DNA from: Hyalangium minutum
GTDB lineage: Bacteria; Myxococcota; Myxococcia; Myxococcales; Myxococcaceae
DNA: 124,000 nt
Direction: 5' to 3'
Assembly: GCF_000737315.1 (NCBI RefSeq)
Contig: NZ_JMCB01000003.1
Location: 20,001-144,000 of the forward strand
Shown: positions 59,945 to 70,184 of the stretch, piece by piece
How the letters are laid out: each line of letters opens with the position of its first letter
How positions within the stretch are numbered: the stretch's first letter is position 1
Notes under the pieces: model-generated
The model's database searches: none
What the model was told of the DNA's origin: nothing
The model's input: the letters and a program-made list of their open reading frames with translations, nothing else
Made by a program: the position numbers and the translations under genes

Positions 59945-61521
59945 TGGGAACCCCTGCCATGTCCCGACTGCTCGCACTCTTCGCCGTCGCCCTGGCTCCG
60001 CTCGCGGTGTCCGCGCAGGACCTCACGGCGTACAACCGCGCGCTCGCCGCCTTCAACGCGGGCGATCTCGACACCGCCGCGCCGCTCTTCTTCGAGACCT
60101 CCGAGCGCGCCACCGATCCCGAGACGAAGGGCAAGGCCGAGTACTACCTGGCGCAGACCTTCCAGAAGAAGGGTCTCCCGGTCAGCGCCTTCGTCACCTA
60201 CGCCGCCATCCTCAAGGCCGGCCCCAAGCACCCCTCGTACCTCAAGGCCGTCGAGGGGCTCGTGGACATTCAGCAGCAGCTCGATGAGCAGAACCTGATC
60301 CCCAGCCTCCTCAACCAGGCCTATACGGACGAGGTGCGCGATCAGTGGGTCACGCTGCCCCGAGAGGTGCTGGCGCGCATCAACTACCTGGTGGGCACCA
60401 TCAGCCACCGCCGCGGGCAGTTCGAGGAGGCCCGCTCCCTGCTCGAGGCCGTGCCGCCCGAGAGCCGCGTCTATGCCAAGGCGCAGTATCTGCTGGGCAT
60501 CGTCCTGGCCGATCCGCGCTTCCCGGGCCGCCCGGGTGAGGCCCACACGCTCGACAAGGCCGCACTCAATGCCTTCCAGATGGTGCTGAAGCAGAAGGGC
60601 GAGCGGCAGCTCGAGCTCAAGGAGACCCGTGAGCTGGCCATGCTGGGGCTCGGGCGTCTGCACTACGGCCGCGGGGAGTACAAGGAGTCGAGCGCCGCCT
60701 ACGAGAGCGTGCCGCGCTACTCGCGCTACTGGGACCAGGCCCTCTTCGAGAACGGCTTCTCCCGCTTCCAGAACGAGGACTTCGGCGGGGCGCTCGGGAG
60801 TCTCCAGGCGCTGCATGCGCCCCAGTTCGCCGGCGCTTTCCAGCCCGAGTCCTGGATCCTCAAGGCGACCGTCTACTACTACAGCTGCCTCTTCGACGAG
60901 GTGAAGACCACGCTCGCCGCCTACGACGAGGTGTACGGGCCCATGGCCAAGCAGCTCGAGCCCTTCACCGGCGAGGACATGGGGCTGATCCCCGCGTTCA
61001 ACCTCGTCTCCGCCTCGGAGAACCGGAAGCTGCCGCGTCCCGTGTACCTGTGGATCCGCAACAACGAGCGCATCCGCGAGGTGATGCGCGGCCTGGACAC
61101 CGTGGACAGCGAGAAGCGGGCCCTCGTCAACTCGGGTGCCTGGAAGGGGAGCGCGCTCGCGACGCAGACCGTGGCCTCCCTGGAGGATGTGCGCAACACG
61201 CTGCTTCAGGTGGGCGGCACGCTGGCTCGGAGCCGCCTGCGCGAGGCCGCGGACAACCTGCGCACCTTCTCGGACCAGGCGGAGATCATCCGCGTCCAGA
61301 CGGCGCTCGATCAGAAGGACTTGCTGCAGGCCGGCGTGGATCAGAAGGCCGTGCTCTCCCGCCAGTCGCTCTACCGGCCCGCCATGCCCGGGGCCGCCTG
61401 GAACTACTGGAAGTTCCAGGGCGAGTTCTGGATCGACGAGATCGGCTACTATCAGTACACGCTCAAGCGCGGCTGTCTGGCGAAGCCGGGCGAAGAGCGG
61501 ACCGAGGCGGGCTCGCAGTAA
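59944..61521 (+). CDS. nfsC: TPR protein, NfsC/GltC family
   Basis: TPRs; C-terminal YWKFQGEFWIDEIGYYQYTLKRGC typical of GltC. Confidence 0.78.
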   Translation: MGTPAMSRLLALFAVALAPLAVSAQDLTAYNRALAAFNAGDLDTAAPLFFETSERATDPETKGKAEYYLAQTFQKKGLPVSAFVTYAAILKAGPKHPSYLKAVEGLVDIQQQLDEQNLIPSLLNQAYTDEVRDQWVTLPREVLARINYLVGTISHRRGQFEEARSLLEAVPPESRVYAKAQYLLGIVLADPRFPGRPGEAHTLDKAALNAFQMVLKQKGERQLELKETRELAMLGLGRLHYGRGEYKESSAAYESVPRYSRYWDQALFENGFSRFQNEDFGGALGSLQALHAPQFAGAFQPESWILKATVYYYSCLFDEVKTTLAAYDEVYGPMAKQLEPFTGEDMGLIPAFNLVSASENRKLPRPVYLWIRNNERIREVMRGLDTVDSEKRALVNSGAWKGSALATQTVASLEDVRNTLLQVGGTLARSRLREAADNLRTFSDQAEIIRVQTALDQKDLLQAGVDQKAVLSRQSLYRPAMPGAAWNYWKFQGEFWIDEIGYYQYTLKRGCLAKPGEERTEAGSQ

Positions 61522-61726
61522 GCCTGTCGGTGACGGACGCAGTTCGGAGGAACGGGGTGGGCCGAGGCGTTGGTGCACGCGCCGGGGCCGCCCCGTTTGC
61601 CTGTTCAGCCCCTGAAACCGACAGTGCCCTGTAGGGCGCATTCGTGCGTGTTGGCACGGTTGCAGCACTTCTCATTCCAGGAGTGCGCGTCTACCTTCGG
61701 TCGTCCCTTCGATGGCAGGAGTTCGC

Positions 61727-64700
61727 ATGAAGGCGTTCCTTCGGTTTGGTGCGCTGGCTGTGGGCGTGGCGCTCACCGCCAGCGGGGTGGGCGAGGCGGC
61801 ACCGCCTAAAAAGGCGGTGGGGAAGAAGCCTGCGGCGGCGGCCAAGGCGGCTCCTGTCGGAAAGAAGACGGTGGAGAAGGCCTCCAAGGAGAAGGCGCCG
61901 TCCGCGGTGCCGGGTGCTCCCGAGGAGAAGCGCCGCAACGGTCCGGCCCGGGTGGCCCCCGCCAATGCCAAGTTCGCGGAGCTGCCGCGCATCGCCGACA
62001 GCAAGAAGGACGCGCTGGCGGACAAGAAGCGCGACGAGGCCATCGAGGGCTTCAAACGCCTGATCCCGAAGATCCAGGACGGCACCTCGCGCAAGGCGGA
62101 CCTGCTGTACCGCTTGTCCGAGCTCTACTGGGAGAAGTCCAAGTACCTCTACCGGCTGGAGATGGACCGGTACCTGGAGGCGGAGAAGAAGTACGACGCG
62201 GCCGTGGCTCGCGGCGAGAAGCTGGAGGCCCCGAAGGAGGACCACCGCGACAGCGAGCGCTACCGCGCCGAGGTGATGAGCCTCTACGAGGACATCCTCC
62301 GCGACTATCCGCAGTACGAGATCCGCGACGAGGTCCTCTTCTCGCAGGCTTACAACCTGTACGAGCTCGGCCGCCAGCCCGAGGCCGTGAAGCGCTACGA
62401 GGAGCTGATCCGGGACTTCCCCAAGTCGCAGTTCGTGCCGGACGCGTACATCCAGCTCGGCAATCACTACTTCGACAACAACAAGCTGATGCCCGCGAAG
62501 CAGAACTACGAGAAGGCGCGGGACACCGGCGTTCCGAAGATCTACGCCTACGCCATCTACAAGCTGGCCTGGTGTGACTTCAACGCGGGCGACTATGAGG
62601 CCGGCCTCAAGAAGCTCCAGGAGGCGGTGGAGTACGCGGAGACCCGTGGCGAGGAGCTGGGCGACCTGAAGACCGAGGCGCTCAATGACTTGACCGTCTT
62701 CTATGTGCAGCTGGATCTGCCCAAGGATGCCATCGCCTACTTCAAGGCGAAGGCGCCCGAGAAGCGTCAGGCGCGGCTCATCGCGAAGACGGCGGTGGGG
62801 CTGGCGGACGCGGGCCACTTCGACAGCGGCATCTACATGTTCCGCTGGCTCATCGACGACAAGCCGATGGGCCCCAGCGCCCCCGAGTTCCAGCAGGCCA
62901 TCGTCCGCTCGTATGAGGGCCTGCGTCAGCGCACCCAGGTCCGCGCCGAGATGAAGAAGATGGTGGACCTGTACCGGCCGGGTGGCACGTGGTGGGAGGC
63001 CAACACGGGCAACAAGTCCGTGCTGCGCAACGCCTTCAACGTCACCGAAGAGGCCATGCGCGTGATGGTGACCGAGTACCACCAGGAGGCCCAGAAGACG
63101 CGCGAGGTGGCCACGTACCAGCTCGCTCGCGACATCTATAAGGAGTACGTGGACGCGTTCGCCTCCAGCTCGGATCCGGACTTCGTCTCGGACTCGGCCT
63201 TCAACCTGCGCTTCTTCTACGCGGAGATTCTGTGGGCCCTCGAAGAGTGGGAGGCCGCCGCCGCCCAGTATGACGCCGTGGTGGCTTTCAAGATCCCGGA
63301 CCGTGACTCGGCCCGCGAGGTCTCCAACGAGACCTACCGCAAGAGCGCCTCGTTCGCCGCGGTGCTCGCGTACGACAAGCTCGTGAAGATCGAGCGCGGC
63401 CAGCTCGCCAAGAGCGATCTCAAGGCCGGCCAGAAGGTCGACGAGAACAAGTACAAGGGTGACGTCGAGAAGAAGCGCATCATCAAGAAGAACGCGAAGG
63501 AGCAGCCCGAGCAGCAACTCACTCGCTTCGAGGAGCGCCTCGTCGCCGCCTGCGACACGTACAACTCGCTCTATCCGAACAACCAGGACGAGGTGGACCT
63601 GCGCTACCAGGCCGCCGTCATCCTCTATGACCGCAACCACTTCGTGGACGCGGCCCGGCGCTTCGGCGAGATCATCGTGAAGTTCCCCGAGGAGCGGCGC
63701 TCGCGCGACGCGGCGGACCTGACGATGTTCGTGCTGGAGAGCCGCGAGGAGTGGTTCGAGCTGAACAAGCTGGCGCGCCAGTTCCTGGGCAACAAGAAGC
63801 TGACCAAGCCCGGCACGGAGTTCGCCGCTCGCGTGGCCAAGGTCGTCGAGGGCAGCCAGTACAAGTGGGTGGACGAAGTCGTCTATCGCCAGGAGAAGAA
63901 CCCGAAGAAGGCCGCCGAGCTGTTCCTCGAGTTCGTCACCGAGTTCCCCAAGTCGGAGAACGCGGACCGCGCGCTCACCTACGCGATGATCATCTTCCAG
64001 GAGGCCGCCGAGCTGGATCGCGGCGTCGAGGCCGGCGAGCGCGTCCTCCAAGAGTACCCGGACAGCGTGTTCGACCTGAAGGTCCGCTACACGCTCGCGG
64101 GCTTCTACGAGAAGATGGCCGAGTTCAAGAAGGCCGCCGAGGCGTACGAGGCCTTCGTGGCCGCCTACGACGAGGCCGCCGGGACGGCGAAGAAGAAGAA
64201 GACCGCGAAGGGCGGGGCGTCGAAGGTGGCGCAGGGCTCCGCCGAGCGTGAGCAGATCCTCAAGGACGCCGAGGGCTGGGTGGCCGACGCGCTCTTCAAC
64301 GCGGGCGTCTGGTGGGAGGGCGTGGGCAATTCGCCGAAGGCCATCGCCGCCTATCAGTCGTACATCTCGCGCTTCCGCGACCGCAAGGATGTGCCGCAGA
64401 TCGCCTTCAACATCGCGCTCGTCCACGAGAAGGACGGCAAGTGGGCGGAGGCCGCCAAGGCGTTCGCCTCGTTCTCGGAGACGTACAGCCGGGATGCTCG
64501 CACCAACCCGGGGCAGCTCTACCTGGCGAAGTACCGCGAGCTGATGGCGCAGCGGCAGCTCAAGAGCTGGAAGGACATGGAGCGCCTGCAGAGCGAGCTG
64601 GTGCGCGGCTGGGCCAAGCTGCCCGACGAGAGCAAGCAGAACGTCAGCCTCGTCGACGCCTACGCCCACGCCCGCTTCATGGGGCTGGAGGCGCTGTGGA

Positions 64701-65302
64701 AGCACTACTCGGACATCAAGTTCACCCGCGTGTCCACCATCCGCCGCGATCTCGCCGCCAAGCAGCGCGAGATCCAGCGCGTGGAGAAGGAGTACGCGGC
64801 GGTGCTGGCCATCGGCTCGGGCGAGTGGGGTATCGCCGCGCTCACCCGCATCGGTCTGGCGTACGCGGACTTCGCTCGCAACATCATCGAGTCGCCGGAT
64901 CCCAAGGGCCTGGATGAGGAGCAGACCACCATGTACCGCGGCGAGTTGGAGAACCTCGCGCTTCCGCTCGAGGACAAGTCCACCGAGGCCCTGGAGAAGG
65001 CGCTCGACAAGGCCTACGAGCTGTCCATCTACAACGAGTTCACGCTCGCCGCGCAGGATCAGGTGAACCGCTACCGTCCGGGTGCCTACGCCCAGGTCCG
65101 CCAGGTGCCGTTCCGTGGCAGCGAGTTCTTCGCCACCTCGGATGTCGCCAAGGATCCAGGCATGTCGGCGGCCGCCACCGCGGGCTCCACGCCCACTGCG
65201 CCGAGTAAGCCCACGCAGGCTCCGAGCGCTCCGCAGGCGCAGCCTCAGGCTCCGCAGGCCTCGCCCGCGCCCGCCGCCACGGTGGGGGAGGCCCGGCCGT
65301 GA
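61727..65302 (+). CDS. nfsD: Large TPR protein, NfsD/GltD (AgmU) family
   Basis: About 1190 aa, TPR-rich, signal peptide. Confidence 0.78.
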   Translation: MKAFLRFGALAVGVALTASGVGEAAPPKKAVGKKPAAAAKAAPVGKKTVEKASKEKAPSAVPGAPEEKRRNGPARVAPANAKFAELPRIADSKKDALADKKRDEAIEGFKRLIPKIQDGTSRKADLLYRLSELYWEKSKYLYRLEMDRYLEAEKKYDAAVARGEKLEAPKEDHRDSERYRAEVMSLYEDILRDYPQYEIRDEVLFSQAYNLYELGRQPEAVKRYEELIRDFPKSQFVPDAYIQLGNHYFDNNKLMPAKQNYEKARDTGVPKIYAYAIYKLAWCDFNAGDYEAGLKKLQEAVEYAETRGEELGDLKTEALNDLTVFYVQLDLPKDAIAYFKAKAPEKRQARLIAKTAVGLADAGHFDSGIYMFRWLIDDKPMGPSAPEFQQAIVRSYEGLRQRTQVRAEMKKMVDLYRPGGTWWEANTGNKSVLRNAFNVTEEAMRVMVTEYHQEAQKTREVATYQLARDIYKEYVDAFASSSDPDFVSDSAFNLRFFYAEILWALEEWEAAAAQYDAVVAFKIPDRDSAREVSNETYRKSASFAAVLAYDKLVKIERGQLAKSDLKAGQKVDENKYKGDVEKKRIIKKNAKEQPEQQLTRFEERLVAACDTYNSLYPNNQDEVDLRYQAAVILYDRNHFVDAARRFGEIIVKFPEERRSRDAADLTMFVLESREEWFELNKLARQFLGNKKLTKPGTEFAARVAKVVEGSQYKWVDEVVYRQEKNPKKAAELFLEFVTEFPKSENADRALTYAMIIFQEAAELDRGVEAGERVLQEYPDSVFDLKVRYTLAGFYEKMAEFKKAAEAYEAFVAAYDEAAGTAKKKKTAKGGASKVAQGSAEREQILKDAEGWVADALFNAGVWWEGVGNSPKAIAAYQSYISRFRDRKDVPQIAFNIALVHEKDGKWAEAAKAFASFSETYSRDARTNPGQLYLAKYRELMAQRQLKSWKDMERLQSELVRGWAKLPDESKQNVSLVDAYAHARFMGLEALWKHYSDIKFTRVSTIRRDLAAKQREIQRVEKEYAAVLAIGSGEWGIAALTRIGLAYADFARNIIESPDPKGLDEEQTTMYRGELENLALPLEDKSTEALEKALDKAYELSIYNEFTLAAQDQVNRYRPGAYAQVRQVPFRGSEFFATSDVAKDPGMSAAATAGSTPTAPSKPTQAPSAPQAQPQAPQASPAPAATVGEARP

Positions 65303-65340
65303 TTCTCACTGACTTCAAGGCAGCTCCAGGGAAGACGACC

Positions 65341-66771
65341 ATGAAGATCGCCCGCACGCTTGCCGCCGCCGCGCTCGCCTTCACGACCGCGTGCGCCACG
65401 GCTCCTCAGGTCAAGCCCACGCCCGTCACCGAGACGGCGCCCCAGGCTCCTCATGCACAGGTGGCGGGTCAGCCCAGCAAGCCGGTCCCGGCGCCCACGC
65501 CGCCCTCGGCGGATGCCGGCCCGCACGAGCTGTTCATGTCGGCGCTCGCGTCCTTCGACGCCGGAGACTACGAGGCCGCGCGCAAGGGCTTCGAGCAGGT
65601 GGTGGCCAAGGCGCCGCAGAGCCTCAACGCGCAGTTCAACGTGGGGCTCATCGCCGAGCGTCAGGCGAAGCCCGCCGAGGCCCAGGCCGCCTACGAGAAG
65701 GTCCTCTCGGTGGACCCGAACCACCAGCCCTCGCTGCTGAACCTCGGCCGGCTGTACCGGCTGCAGGACCGGTTCGAGGACGCCATCGGCCTCTACGAGA
65801 AGGCGCTCAAGACGCCCGGCCACGAGCATGATGTGGCGCTGCTCAACAACCTCACCGTGGCGTACCGGCTCGCGGGCAAGTTCGAGCTCGCCGAGGCCAC
65901 TGCCCGCCGCGTCCTGGCCCGCAGCAAGGACAACCCCGACGCGTACAAGAACCTGGCGCTCATCTACTACGACCAGGGGCAGTACCGGCTCGCCGAAGTG
66001 GTGAGCGCCAACGCGCGCAAGCTCGCGGAGAACGATCCGGGCGTCTACAACAACCTGGGGATGATCTACTTGAAGCAGAACGATCGGTCCCGCGCGCTGG
66101 CCCAGTTCCAGAAGGCCGTGTCGCTCGATCCGAAGTTCGCTCCGGGCTACCTCAACATCGGCGCCATGTCGCTGGCCTACCGCGACTACACGGGCGCCGA
66201 GCGCGCCTTCTCCAAGGCGGTGGAGCTCGATCCCGCCTCCTACGAGGGCCACCTTTATTACGCCTACGCGCTCGACGGGCAGAAGGGCCGCGATCCGAAG
66301 AAGGGGCTCACCGCGGGCGAGGCCTTCGAGAAGGTCCTCACCCTCCGCCCCGATCAGCCGGATGCCATCTGCGGGGCGGGCTGGGCCTACGCGGCGGAGC
66401 GGGCTGGCTGGGACAAGGCGCTGGGCTTCTTCGAGCGCTGCAAGTCTCTCGCGAGCACCTCGCCGCAGGATCAGCAGATGATCGCCGCCAAGGTGCAGGG
66501 CATCCAGGCCATGAAGAAGAGCGGCCAGCCGGACCCCGCCGCCGAGCACAAGAAGGAGGCCACCACGGCTCCGGGCGCCAACGGTTCGCTGCTCGACAAG
66601 GTGTCCGAGGAGGCGGCGCGTCAGGAGGGCCCGCTGCCCGAGGAGACGGCTCCGGCGGGGGATGCGGCCTCGGGTGAGACCGCGCCTTCCTCGGAGGCTC
66701 CCGCCGCTGCGGACTCCGCGGCTCCGGCGGCTCCGGAAGGCAGCTCGCCTGCTCCCTCTCCGGTGCCGTGA
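65341..66771 (+). CDS. nfsE: TPR lipoprotein, NfsE/GltE (AglT) family
   Basis: Lipobox TTAC; TPR repeats. Confidence 0.75.
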   Translation: MKIARTLAAAALAFTTACATAPQVKPTPVTETAPQAPHAQVAGQPSKPVPAPTPPSADAGPHELFMSALASFDAGDYEAARKGFEQVVAKAPQSLNAQFNVGLIAERQAKPAEAQAAYEKVLSVDPNHQPSLLNLGRLYRLQDRFEDAIGLYEKALKTPGHEHDVALLNNLTVAYRLAGKFELAEATARRVLARSKDNPDAYKNLALIYYDQGQYRLAEVVSANARKLAENDPGVYNNLGMIYLKQNDRSRALAQFQKAVSLDPKFAPGYLNIGAMSLAYRDYTGAERAFSKAVELDPASYEGHLYYAYALDGQKGRDPKKGLTAGEAFEKVLTLRPDQPDAICGAGWAYAAERAGWDKALGFFERCKSLASTSPQDQQMIAAKVQGIQAMKKSGQPDPAAEHKKEATTAPGANGSLLDKVSEEAARQEGPLPEETAPAGDAASGETAPSSEAPAAADSAAPAAPEGSSPAPSPVP

Positions 66772-66952
66772 CAGGACAAACTACCGGAACGGATGGGTAC
66801 TTTTTTCCACTCCTCGGGCGGGCAGGGTGGCGGGCTCCGGGCAAGTTCCCTACGATCCGAGGCGTTGGGCTTGGACCAACTCCTGCAAGAACCCACCAGG
66901 AACCTCTTCGTGGGTCCGCTGTCTCAACCGATGAAGTGAATGGAGGCTGCAG

Positions 66953-67228
66953 ATGAAGCGACTGGCATCGGCGGTGGTGGCGGCGGCGTTGTGGGCGGGC
67001 CCGGTGGCGGCCCAGGAGAAGGAGGAAGTGAAGATCATCCAGGAGGAAGACAAGACGGTCTACCGGAAGAAGACCGTGATCGACTTCACGGATGTGACGG
67101 TGGAGGGCGAGCTCACCAAGCCGGAGGGCTCCTACGTCCTCAACCGGAAGAAGACGGACTTTCAGAGCCTCATCAAGGTCCGCGACAACTTCAACCCCGA
67201 GCTGCAGAAGTCGGTGGACAACCTCTAG
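66953..67228 (+). CDS. nfsF: NfsF/GltF (CglF) family small secreted protein
   Basis: KTVIDF.DVTVEGELTKPEGSY..SLIKVRDNF. Confidence 0.82.
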   Translation: MKRLASAVVAAALWAGPVAAQEKEEVKIIQEEDKTVYRKKTVIDFTDVTVEGELTKPEGSYVLNRKKTDFQSLIKVRDNFNPELQKSVDNL

Positions 67229-67255
67229 CGCCTGAAAGGGGCGCTTCGTTTTCTT
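67227..67255 (+). terminator. Intrinsic terminator inside the nfs cluster
   Basis: AGCGCC-TGAAAGG-GGCGCT followed by TCGTTTTCTT. Confidence 0.55.
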
Positions 67256-67285
67256 GGGTGCGGAAGGGCGGAAGGAACGATCCTC

Positions 67286-69247
67286 ATGGCGGCGGGAAAG
67301 AATAACGGACTGAGGTTGCGCATCACGGGGCCTGACGGGGCCACGATGGAGACCATCGCGGACGCCGAGAGCGTCATCGTGGGCTCCGGTGCGCAGGCGG
67401 CGGTGAAGATTCAGGACCCCAGTGTCTCCAACCTCCACGTGATGTTGAAGGTGGACAAGGAGGGTGGAGTCACAGCGATCGATCTCGGCAGTGAGTCCGG
67501 GACCCAGGTCGGCGGGCAGCGGCTGATGGTGCCCAAGATGCTGGAGCCTGGAGATGTGCTCACAGTGGGGGCGTGCCGGGTGGAGGTGGTGTTCGGCGAG
67601 GTGGAGCCTCCGGCGCCCAAGGTGCCCGCGGGCGCGCAGGTGAGCGGGACGGGCTTCCAAGGCTCGGTGACACAGAAGGCCGCGGTGGCGCCTCCTGTGA
67701 ACCCGGCCAAGGCTGCGGCACCCGAGGTGGTGGTGCCGACCTCGAGCCGCACGCTGACGCCTCCGGGCCTCAAGGCGAAGGTGCCGACGCCGGTGCCGTT
67801 GCCCAAGGCTCCGGTTCCGGTGGCGGCGAAGAAGCCCGAGACGCCGGTCCACTTGCAGGAGCCACTGCCTCCGAGCGCCATGCCGACGTCCGAGGCGAAG
67901 GTGCTCCAGGTGGCGATGCTCTGGGGCGACCAGATCCTCGAGGTACAGCACTTCCGTGAGGGGGTGCCGGTCACCATCGGCGAGGGCAAGAAGAACTTCT
68001 TCCACGTCTTCGTGCCCGAGGTGGGCGCTCGCCACGTGCTGGCGGTGAGCCAGGGCGACAAGGTGGAGCTGCGCGTGCCCGCGGGCGGCGGAGTCTTCGT
68101 GACCTCGCAGGGGGATGTGCGGACGAAGGACGCGCTGCGCGCCTCCGGCCAGCTGGCGTCCTCGGTGGCGGCCAAGGGCCAGGTGTTCACGCTGGGGCTG
68201 CACGACCGGGCGGAGGTGGCGCTCGGGACGATCGCCTTCGTGGTGCGCTACGTGAAGCCCTCGCCGGCCATCCAGGCGAGGGCAGTGGACGAGGCGGACT
68301 TCACCTACTTCAAGATCACCTGCATCACGATCCTCGCGGCGGCGGCGGTGGTGGCGGCGATGCTGCTGACGCCTCGGCAGCAGACGGCCTCGGCGGACGA
68401 CATCCTCCAGGATCAGCAGCGGGTGGCGAAGTTCCTGATCAAGCCCGAGAAGAAGATCGAGATCAAAAAGCTGAAGCTCGCCGGAGTCGAGGAGGGCGCC
68501 AAGGCCAAGGACGAGGAGGGCAAGTTCGGCAAGGAGGAGGCGAAGAAGCAGGAGGCTGATCCCTCCAAGCCGGGCACTCCGGTGGTGGACAAGACCAAGC
68601 GCGAGAAGGACCGGCAGGTGGTGGGCAGCGTGGGCCTGCTGGGCGCCTTCAAGGGCCTCAAGGGCGGCGCCTCGGACGTGTTCGGTCCGGGCGGTCTGGG
68701 CACCGGCATCAACAACTCGCTCGGCGGCCTGAAGTCGGGCGCGGGGCTGGGGGATGCGCAGGGCGTGGGCGGGCTCGGCACACGCGGTAACGGCACGGGC
68801 GGTGGCGGCACGGCGCTGGGCATCGGCGGCCTGGGCACCAAGGGTGACGGCCGCGGCACCGGTGGCCACGGCGGCATCGATCTGGGCGGCAAGGGCAAGG
68901 CGACCACGCGCATCGTCCCGGGTAAGACGACGGTGGTGGGCGGCCTGGACAAGGACGTGATCGCCAAGATCATCCGGCAGCACCAGAACGAGATCAAATA
69001 CTGCTACGAGTCCGAGCTGAACAAGAACCCGAGCCTGGCGGGCAAGGTCGCGGTGGCCTTCACCATCGACCCGACGGGCGCGGTGGCTGATGCCAACGTG
69101 ACGGAGACGACGCTCAACAGCTCCACGGCGGAGAACTGCATGTTGGCGCGCATCCGCCGCTGGAAGTTCCCCGAGCCCAAGGGCGGCGGCGTGGTGGCCG
69201 TCACCTACCCGTGGCTCTTCTCGCCCGCGGGTTCCGAGGGCGAGTAA
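67286..69247 (+). CDS. nfsG: NfsG/GltG family FHA-TM-TonB_C protein
   Basis: FHA (SVSNLH..DLGS), TM, Gly-rich linker, AgmX/PglI TonB_C (IKYCYE..FPEPKGGGVVAVTYPW). Confidence 0.82.
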   Translation: MAAGKNNGLRLRITGPDGATMETIADAESVIVGSGAQAAVKIQDPSVSNLHVMLKVDKEGGVTAIDLGSESGTQVGGQRLMVPKMLEPGDVLTVGACRVEVVFGEVEPPAPKVPAGAQVSGTGFQGSVTQKAAVAPPVNPAKAAAPEVVVPTSSRTLTPPGLKAKVPTPVPLPKAPVPVAAKKPETPVHLQEPLPPSAMPTSEAKVLQVAMLWGDQILEVQHFREGVPVTIGEGKKNFFHVFVPEVGARHVLAVSQGDKVELRVPAGGGVFVTSQGDVRTKDALRASGQLASSVAAKGQVFTLGLHDRAEVALGTIAFVVRYVKPSPAIQARAVDEADFTYFKITCITILAAAAVVAAMLLTPRQQTASADDILQDQQRVAKFLIKPEKKIEIKKLKLAGVEEGAKAKDEEGKFGKEEAKKQEADPSKPGTPVVDKTKREKDRQVVGSVGLLGAFKGLKGGASDVFGPGGLGTGINNSLGGLKSGAGLGDAQGVGGLGTRGNGTGGGGTALGIGGLGTKGDGRGTGGHGGIDLGGKGKATTRIVPGKTTVVGGLDKDVIAKIIRQHQNEIKYCYESELNKNPSLAGKVAVAFTIDPTGAVADANVTETTLNSSTAENCMLARIRRWKFPEPKGGGVVAVTYPWLFSPAGSEGE

Positions 69248-69457
69248 GGCAGAGCCTCTCGGTTCGGAGCTGAAGTGACAGAGCCCCCGGTGCACCTTTG
69301 GGTGCCCGGGGGTTCGTGTCTGCGGGGGCGTGCGCCGTGGGATGGACGACGTTCGCCCTGAAGAGTTTTCACGCCGGACGTTGCCGCTCGGCGGGGGGGA
69401 TCATTAACGTCCAGCGCGCTTCAGGAAGTCTCTGGAGGACCTGCGTTGGGAGGTTCT

Positions 69458-70054
69458 GTGAGGAAGTCCGTTCTCGTCGCCGCGCTCGCGCTGTCCACCA
69501 CCGCCCTGGCGGCCACGCCCCCCGAGGGTGTGGAGTACAAGCCCCGCCGTGGCTTCTTCACCGAGACGGACATCGGCATGTTCTTCACGCTCGGCGGGGA
69601 GAACACGTACTCCAACGCCCAGTCGTACCTGCAGCTGGGCGTGGGGTATGACTTGACGGAGACGCTCTCGCTGGGGCTGCACTTCGGCCTGGGCTCGTCG
69701 GCGGCGAACTGCTTCGCGGGCTACCTGCCGGACTCGGACATCTGCGCGCTGTCGGACAACTTCACCGTGGCCTTCGGGGACATGACGGCCGCGTACCACG
69801 TGCGGATGACCGACCGGTTCTACCTGACGCCCAAGGTGGCGGCTGGCTACACGCGGCTGGATCCGGCCCCGGTGGACGTCAGTGGTGATCCCAGCCGCAC
69901 CCTGCATGCGCTGAACGCGGGGGTGGGCATCGGCATCGAGTACGGGACGATGATGGACCACTTCTCGGTGGGGGCGGACTTCCTGGCTCGCTACGTCTTC
70001 GGCCCGAACATCCCCACGTTCGCGTTGTTCCCGCGGGTGAAGTACACGTTCTAG
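69458..70054 (+). CDS. nfsH: NfsH/GltH (CglE) family outer-membrane protein
   Basis: RRGFFTETDIG..; ends VKYTF; GTG after GGAGG. Confidence 0.78.
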   Translation: MRKSVLVAALALSTTALAATPPEGVEYKPRRGFFTETDIGMFFTLGGENTYSNAQSYLQLGVGYDLTETLSLGLHFGLGSSAANCFAGYLPDSDICALSDNFTVAFGDMTAAYHVRMTDRFYLTPKVAAGYTRLDPAPVDVSGDPSRTLHALNAGVGIGIEYGTMMDHFSVGADFLARYVFGPNIPTFALFPRVKYTF

Positions 70055-70184
70055 GCACCGCCTGCGGCCGGAGCCGTCATTCGCCTTCACACCTTTTTCG
70101 GCGTGCGTCCACCCAGGTATCGGAAGCGGGGGACGTGTCGACCGAGGTCGGATAACCTGGCGCGTTCCTCTTCACCTGCGAGGA

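Noticed and set aside
61691-69295. Very long antisense ORFs (e.g. 61691-64705, 66338-69295; also 11866-14283, 88577-91114, 116425-118767)
   Set aside because: Shadow frames of high-GC3 genes; no motifs, and they fully overlap well-supported CDSs
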